From Thermoanaerobaculia bacterium (GTDB taxonomy: Bacteria > Acidobacteriota > Thermoanaerobaculia > Gp7-AA8): 47,929 nt of DNA. The stretch lies in contig JBKJUK010000360.1 in assembly GCA_046590705.1 (NCBI GenBank), positions 1 through 47,929 of the forward strand. The letters run 5' to 3'. A program made the position numbers and the translations under genes. How positions within the stretch are numbered: the first letter of the stretch is position 1; the number at the start of each line of letters is the position of its first letter. Shown here piece by piece: positions 43,385 through 47,929 of this stretch. The notes beneath the pieces are model-generated. The model saw only the letters and a program-made list of their open reading frames with translations, had not been told where the DNA came from and did not search any database.

Positions 43385-44890
43385 TCAGCGCAGACTGAGA
43401 TTGACGACAGCAAGCGTAGATTGATTGCCCGACTGATCGACGGCAGAAACAACGACTCGCTCGATCTTCCCGCTCAGACCATGCCTCGGGGTCGCGGCAG
43501 GCACGATCTCGGTTCTCCAGCGTCCCGCCGTTCTGGTTTGAATCACCCAGAGCCGAGGAATCTCGTCATCTCCCGCTCGAATCTCGAGCTCGATTCCGTC
43601 CGTCATGCGAGTCGCGATGACGGTCGGCTGCTCCGGCTGCCTTGCATCGATCCATGGAAACGATGGAACGAGGGCCGGTTCGGCATAAAGTGAAGCGACT
43701 CGGTCGGTGACTCCGTTGATATTGTTGCGAAGCGATTTCTCGCTGAAGTGAAAGACGCCGGGTGATGAGCTGACGGCGCGGGTCGTGCGGATCTGGTGCG
43801 CGATTTCACCGGATGGAAAGCGGTCGCCTCCATCCCGATAGGTCGCCAGGCCGGGCCATAGATGACGCTTTTTTACGTTCTCGCTGCTCCACCAGTTCAG
43901 CAGAACCGGAAAACTCAATTCCTTGCGCGCGGTAGCCCAGTACAGTTGCGGGGCGAAGTAATCGAGCCAGCCGCTACGGAACCAGAGCAGCGAATCTGCA
44001 TAGAGACTCTCGTAGGCATCGAGACCTGCGATGGTTTCCGGATATCCCGGTCGCCAGACTCCGAAGGGACTGACTCCGAAACGGGCCAGAGGCTTCTCTC
44101 TTCTCACCGCTTCATACACTTCGCGTACGAGCAGGTTCACGTTCTCCCGGCGCCAGTCGTTCCTGGCCAGCGTGCCACCTGCAGCGACGTATCGATCCCA
44201 GCTCGGTGTGTCCGGAAAGTCGATCTCGACACCTGCCTCGTCTTTCTCGCGGTAGGGGTAGAAGTAATCGTCGAAGTGGATTCCGTCGACGTCGTAGCGT
44301 CGCAGTACATCGACGATCACGGCGGTGGTGTGTGCGCGGACTTCCGGTTCTCCGGGATCCATCCAGAGGTGCTTTCCATACTGCGGTACAAGGTCAGGGC
44401 GCCTGCTGTGAAGATGAGTCGGAGAGATGGGCGACACACCGGATGGATGCCGGCCGCGATAAGGATTGAGCCAGGCATGCAGCTCGAGACCGCGTCGATG
44501 TGACTCCCGGATGACGAATTCGAGCGGGTCCCATAACGGTTCAGGAGCGCGTCCCATCTCCCCAGTCAGATACTCGCTCCAGGGTTCGAGATCGGAGGCA
44601 TACATGGCATCGCCGGCCGGACGGATCTGAAACACGATGGCGTTGAGGTTCAGCGCTTTGGCGCGGTCCAGGATGGCCATGAGCTCCCGCTGCTGGTCCT
44701 CGACTGGAAGTCCCCGTTTCGAAGGCCAGTCGATGTTGCTCACCGTGGCCACCCAGACACCACGAAACTCCCGCATCACCGCTGGCGGATTCTCGGAGAC
44801 TACGGCGCTACCGCTACGCGCCGACGAAGTGGCAGTAGCAGCGCAGTGAGGAAGCAGAAGAAGGAGAAGCAGCGCGGAGAGCAATTTCAT
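43385..44890 (-). CDS. glycoside hydrolase-like family 10 (GHL10 / DUF187, YngK-like) secreted protein
   Basis: Real start is the ATG at 44890 (MKLLSALLLLLLLPHCAATA, a signal peptide). Motifs are FRGVWVATVSNIDWPS, LNLNAIVFQIRPAGDAMY, LELHAWLNPYR and DGIHFDDYFYP. The 90 upstream codons of the track ORF run through REP and GC-rich repeats and are rejected. Confidence 0.8.
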   Translation of the reverse strand: MKLLSALLLLLLLPHCAATATSSARSGSAVVSENPPAVMREFRGVWVATVSNIDWPSKRGLPVEDQQRELMAILDRAKALNLNAIVFQIRPAGDAMYASDLEPWSEYLTGEMGRAPEPLWDPLEFVIRESHRRGLELHAWLNPYRGRHPSGVSPISPTHLHSRRPDLVPQYGKHLWMDPGEPEVRAHTTAVIVDVLRRYDVDGIHFDDYFYPYREKDEAGVEIDFPDTPSWDRYVAAGGTLARNDWRRENVNLLVREVYEAVRREKPLARFGVSPFGVWRPGYPETIAGLDAYESLYADSLLWFRSGWLDYFAPQLYWATARKELSFPVLLNWWSSENVKKRHLWPGLATYRDGGDRFPSGEIAHQIRTTRAVSSSPGVFHFSEKSLRNNINGVTDRVASLYAEPALVPSFPWIDARQPEQPTVIATRMTDGIELEIRAGDDEIPRLWVIQTRTAGRWRTEIVPAATPRHGLSGKIERVVVSAVDQSGNQSTLAVVNLSLR

Positions 44891-44904
44891 CGTGTGATTG
44901 TAAT

Positions 44905-44934
44905 GCGGGCCGGGGGCCGGGGGCCGGGGGCCGG
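44905..44934 (+). repeat. G-rich heptamer tandem repeat (CCGGGGG x3), a potential G-quadruplex and arm of a long-range inverted repeat
   Basis: GCGGGCCGGGGGCCGGGGGCCGGGGGCCGG has four G-runs of 3, 5, 5 and 5 separated by CC. The complementary C-rich arm CTCCGGCCCCCTGACCCCGGCCCCCGGCC lies at 45276..45304. Shorter relatives lie at 10047..10063, 31663..31689 and 45011..45029. Confidence 0.8.
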
Positions 44935-44964
44935 AGTAGAGGCGAAATTCGCGATCATCGAAAG

Positions 44965-45245
44965 TGTGTGGAGCACAGGCAATCCTGCCTGTGGCTGGAC
45001 CAGTTGAATTCAGGCCGGGGGCCGGAGGGAGGCTGTAGAAGAAGCGAGTTCTCGCGAGCGAGCGTGGAATGTGTGGCACAGGCAATCCTGCCTGTGACGG
45101 GGGCAACTGAATTAGCGCGTGTTTCAGTTCGAGGAAAACTTCGTTAGGGCGCGGGGACATGCGGCGAATGACCTTGTCTGGAGGTGCCTAACATTCCTTC
45201 GAATTCGGCTGGTCCAGTCACAGGCAGGATTGCCTGTGCCACACA
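44965..45245. repeat. cluster of three REP-A units (forward GGAGCAC variant, forward, inverted)
   Basis: The units are at 44965..44994, 45071..45097 and 45218..45245 (inverted). The order and the variants are the same as in the 1621..1758 cluster. Confidence 0.9.
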
Positions 45246-45308
45246 TTTCATGTTCAGTCGGGAAGTCATCTGAACTCCGGCCCCCTGACCCCGGCCCCCG
45301 GCCTGCCT

Positions 45309-46490
45309 TCAAGAACGGTAATCGGCGTTCAGCGCTACGTAATCCTCGCCCAGATCGCTCACCAGGAGATTCGCTGTGAAGCTTCCGCCGCCCAGATCCA
45401 GCACGACCGGCACGCGTTCTTTCGAGAAAACTTTCGCTGCGTCGGCTTCGCGGTAAGCTACGCGAGCACCATCGACGACCAGTTTCACCGAACCTGCTGA
45501 GAGTGCGACGCGCTTCACGGAGAAGTTCGCGCCGCTGCGACCCACTGCCGCGAGGATCCTTCCCCAGTTCGGATCGCCGCCGTGCAGCGCCGTTTTCACC
45601 AACGGAGAAGTGGCCACGGCATGCGCCGCGAGTTGGGCGTCCCGTTTTGTTCTGGCTCCTCGCACCTCGAGATCCATCACTCGAATCGCGCCTTCTCCGT
45701 CACGAACGATCATCCAGGAAAGTTCGCGACAAACTTTCAGCAGCGCCCTTTTGAAGTCGTCGGTCGATGCACCGCCAGACATGACCGGTCCCCCGAGAGC
45801 GCCGGAAGCCATGAGCAGCACCGTGTCATTCGTGGAGGTGTCGCCATCGACGGAGATGGTGTTGAAGCTGGCGTCGGCCGCCTCACGCAGCACTTTCTGC
45901 AGGAAGGCGGGCGTCGCTGCAGCGTCGGTCATGATGAAACCGAGCATGGTGGCCATGTTCGGATGAATCATGCCTGCGCCCTTGGCAAAGCCGACGATGC
46001 GGCCGCGCTTTCCGCCAAGCATGAAAGTAGCCTGCGTGACCTTCGGTCCGACGTCGGTGGTGAGGATGGCATGTGAGGCTGCGTCGATTCCCGAGCTGGA
46101 AAGTCTGGTCACCGCGTCGGGCAGAGCCTCGCGAATCTTCTTGTCAGGAAGAAGAACACCTATCACTCCGGTAGAGGCGAGAAAAATCTCCTCCTCCGGG
46201 CAACCCAGCAGCTCGGCAGCACGAGTTCTCACGCGACGGGCCGCAGCATTGCCTTCCTTTCCGGTCACGGCGTTGGCGCATCCGGCGTTCACGACTACGC
46301 CGCGGATTCTTCCACCGCTTTTCTTGAGGGCCGCCTTTGACAGCGTCACCGGTGCAGCCTGGAAGCGGTTTTTCGTGAACACGGCAGCCGCGTTCGCGCC
46401 TTCAGAGGCAACGATGAGAGCAACGTCGGGCCGCTTCTTTCGGATGCCGGCCCGGATACCCGACGCAAAAAACCCTTTCGGCAGCTTCAC
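45309..46490 (-). CDS. argJ: bifunctional glutamate N-acetyltransferase / amino-acid acetyltransferase
   Basis: GTG start overlapping the argH stop. Motifs are GIRAGIRKKRPDVALI and NAGCANAVTG. The autoprocessing site is PNMATMLGFIMTDA. Further motifs are DGDTSTND and DLGEDYVALNADYRS. Confidence 0.9.
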   Translation of the reverse strand: MKLPKGFFASGIRAGIRKKRPDVALIVASEGANAAAVFTKNRFQAAPVTLSKAALKKSGGRIRGVVVNAGCANAVTGKEGNAAARRVRTRAAELLGCPEEEIFLASTGVIGVLLPDKKIREALPDAVTRLSSSGIDAASHAILTTDVGPKVTQATFMLGGKRGRIVGFAKGAGMIHPNMATMLGFIMTDAAATPAFLQKVLREAADASFNTISVDGDTSTNDTVLLMASGALGGPVMSGGASTDDFKRALLKVCRELSWMIVRDGEGAIRVMDLEVRGARTKRDAQLAAHAVATSPLVKTALHGGDPNWGRILAAVGRSGANFSVKRVALSAGSVKLVVDGARVAYREADAAKVFSKERVPVVLDLGGGSFTANLLVSDLGEDYVALNADYRS

Positions 46491-47926
46491 TGGACGCTCC
46501 TCTGCTTCGATGGCTCTGCGGAATCGAGGCCCGACTGGCGCGCAGACAAAGCATCACGAAGAAAGTCGAGGGCTTCGATTGCCGCGGCCTGTACTCTCGA
46601 TGGCGACGTTCCACCGATTGCAGATTTTCGCTCGAGAGCCTGCATGACATCCAGCTGCTCGAGATGTTCGAGAGAAATCGTTTCACTCACGCCGAGTTCA
46701 CGGAGTGAAACGTTGAGTCGCATCGACTCGGCGACTCGCTCACTGACGATTCCATGTGCCTGGCGGAAGGGGATTCCGCTGGCAGTGAGGGCGTCGGTCA
46801 ACTGAGTGGCCAGCAGCAGATCTGCAGACGCCGCGGTTTTCATCCGGTCTCGATTTACACCCAGACCCGACAGCAGCCCGCTCATCGCCGGCAAAGCTCG
46901 ATCGATGAGAATGGCCGTTCTGAAGACCGGCTCCTTGTCGAGTTGAAGATCCTTGTTGTAGGAGAGCGGAAGTCCCTTCAACAGTGCCAGGAGACCGGTC
47001 AGCTCCCCGATCATGCGCGCTGCATGACCACGTGTCAGCTCCAGCAGATCCGGGTTCTTCTTCTGCGGCATACGCGACGAGCCTGTGGTGAATGCATCCG
47101 GCAATTCCACATAACCAACTTCATCTGAGGATAGAAAAATCAGGTCTTCCGAGAGTCTGGAGAGATGCGAGAAAAGCAGCGTGGCGCAGAACAGATACTC
47201 GGCGGCTGCATCGCGATCAGACACTGCGTCCATGGAGTTGCGACTCGGAGCACGAAAGCCGAGATCAGCCGACAAAGCTTCTCTGTTCACAGAAATTGCG
47301 GTACCTGCCAGCGCACCGGAGCCGAGTGGACATTCGTCGGCGCGCTCGGCAGCACTTACCAGGCGCGCGGAGTCGCGACGCAGCATTTCGACATAGGCCA
47401 GGCACCAGTGTCCAAAGGTTACAGGCTCGGCCTGCTTGAGGTGCGTGTAGCCAGGCATCGGAGTCCCGGCTTCCTTCTGCGCCAGACCAGCGAGAACCTG
47501 GGCCACACGAAGCACTTCGTCATTGGCGTGCAGTAGATTCTCTTTCAAAAAAAGACGGAGATCGGTTGCCACCTGATCGTTGCGAGAGCGTCCGGTGTGC
47601 AGCTTCCCGGCGAGCGCTCCCACCCGATCGTACAGAAACGATTCGACGTAGGAATGCACATCCTCGTGATCCGACGACTCAACACTCGAGGAGACGTGAC
47701 CTGACAGACTGGATAGCGCCTCAGTGATTGAACCGGTTTCTTCCTCGGTCAGTACACCAGCCTGCATCAGGGCACGGGCCCAGGCCGCTGAGGCTTCCAG
47801 TTCCTGCTCGAGCAACGCCACATCGAACTCGAACGAGTCATTGAAGGACTTCAGGCGTTGATCGGGCCCGCCCGTCACCCGCCCGCCCCACAGTTGTCGT
47901 CTGCCCGTTTGATTGGTCATGTTCAT
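46487..47926 (-). CDS. argH: argininosuccinate lyase
   Basis: Motifs are LWGGR, HTGRSRNDQVATD, MPGYTHLKQAEP and the signature GSSRMPQKKNPD. The start is ATG 47926 or 47920. The gene is complete within the window. Confidence 0.9.
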   Translation of the reverse strand: MNMTNQTGRRQLWGGRVTGGPDQRLKSFNDSFEFDVALLEQELEASAAWARALMQAGVLTEEETGSITEALSSLSGHVSSSVESSDHEDVHSYVESFLYDRVGALAGKLHTGRSRNDQVATDLRLFLKENLLHANDEVLRVAQVLAGLAQKEAGTPMPGYTHLKQAEPVTFGHWCLAYVEMLRRDSARLVSAAERADECPLGSGALAGTAISVNREALSADLGFRAPSRNSMDAVSDRDAAAEYLFCATLLFSHLSRLSEDLIFLSSDEVGYVELPDAFTTGSSRMPQKKNPDLLELTRGHAARMIGELTGLLALLKGLPLSYNKDLQLDKEPVFRTAILIDRALPAMSGLLSGLGVNRDRMKTAASADLLLATQLTDALTASGIPFRQAHGIVSERVAESMRLNVSLRELGVSETISLEHLEQLDVMQALERKSAIGGTSPSRVQAAAIEALDFLRDALSARQSGLDSAEPSKQRSVQ

Positions 47927-47929
47927 CCC

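Noticed and set aside
44891-45160. The 90-codon N-terminal extension of the GHL10 ORF.
   Set aside because: Its translation runs through REP-A units (TGRIACAP, QAGLPVPH) and GC-rich repeats (PAPGP). A proper signal peptide begins at the internal ATG at 44890.
44965-45245. A possible CRISPR-like array of REP-A units (also at 1621..1758).
   Set aside because: Each cluster has only three units, at irregular spacing and in mixed orientation. The units are internally palindromic across their full length, and no cas genes are present. They are REP/BIME-like, not CRISPR.

Overview
This is a 47.9-kb, high-GC bacterial chromosomal segment, densely coding on both strands, with 35 CDS called. Lipid A/Kdo genes, GT-C type membrane glycosyltransferases and a sigma-54 activator point to a Gram-negative organism. 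The many palindromic intergenic repeats (the CACAGGCAGGATTGCCTGTG type and the CGTCATTCCGA-GAGC / GAGGAATCTCCGG type) suggest an Acidobacteriota-like genome, but that is inference only. Most of the content is housekeeping: an RDD protein, add, yigZ-like, TIGR02757-like plus a TlpA-like thioredoxin, a free Met-R-sulfoxide reductase, waaA-lpxK-lpxL-like-yfhO-like, hflX, an ArnT-like GT39, hemX-like/hemA/hemC/cobA-hemD, fmt-rsmB, hup, a PLP decarboxylase, a thermonuclease, a GHL10 hydrolase and argJ-argH. I found no rRNA, tRNA, CRISPR array, transposase, integrase, phage gene or recognisable defence or toxin gene, so I cannot point to a clear new system. The best candidates for novelty are these. 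(1) An unassigned ~215-aa bipartite C-terminal module occurs three times in two unrelated proteins: an M36-like secreted protease with a P-domain, and a 1065-aa polytopic membrane protein. (2) That membrane protein is translationally coupled to an Sfp-type phosphopantetheinyl transferase, with no carrier protein nearby. (3) A four-gene cluster of membrane proteins of unknown function spans 12355..16879, and its last two proteins share a GGSY-PPPPPP head. (4) A 1331-aa sigma-54 activator carries an ~1000-aa uncharacterised sensor region. (5) At least six families of intergenic palindromic repeats nest inside each other in a BIME-like way. One of them supplies the last 8 codons and the stop codon of a gene. 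Gene starts are often GTG or TTG, and many neighbouring genes overlap by 4 nt (ATGA, GTGA, TTGA). Most other long ORFs in the six-frame track are antisense or out-of-frame artefacts of high GC content.
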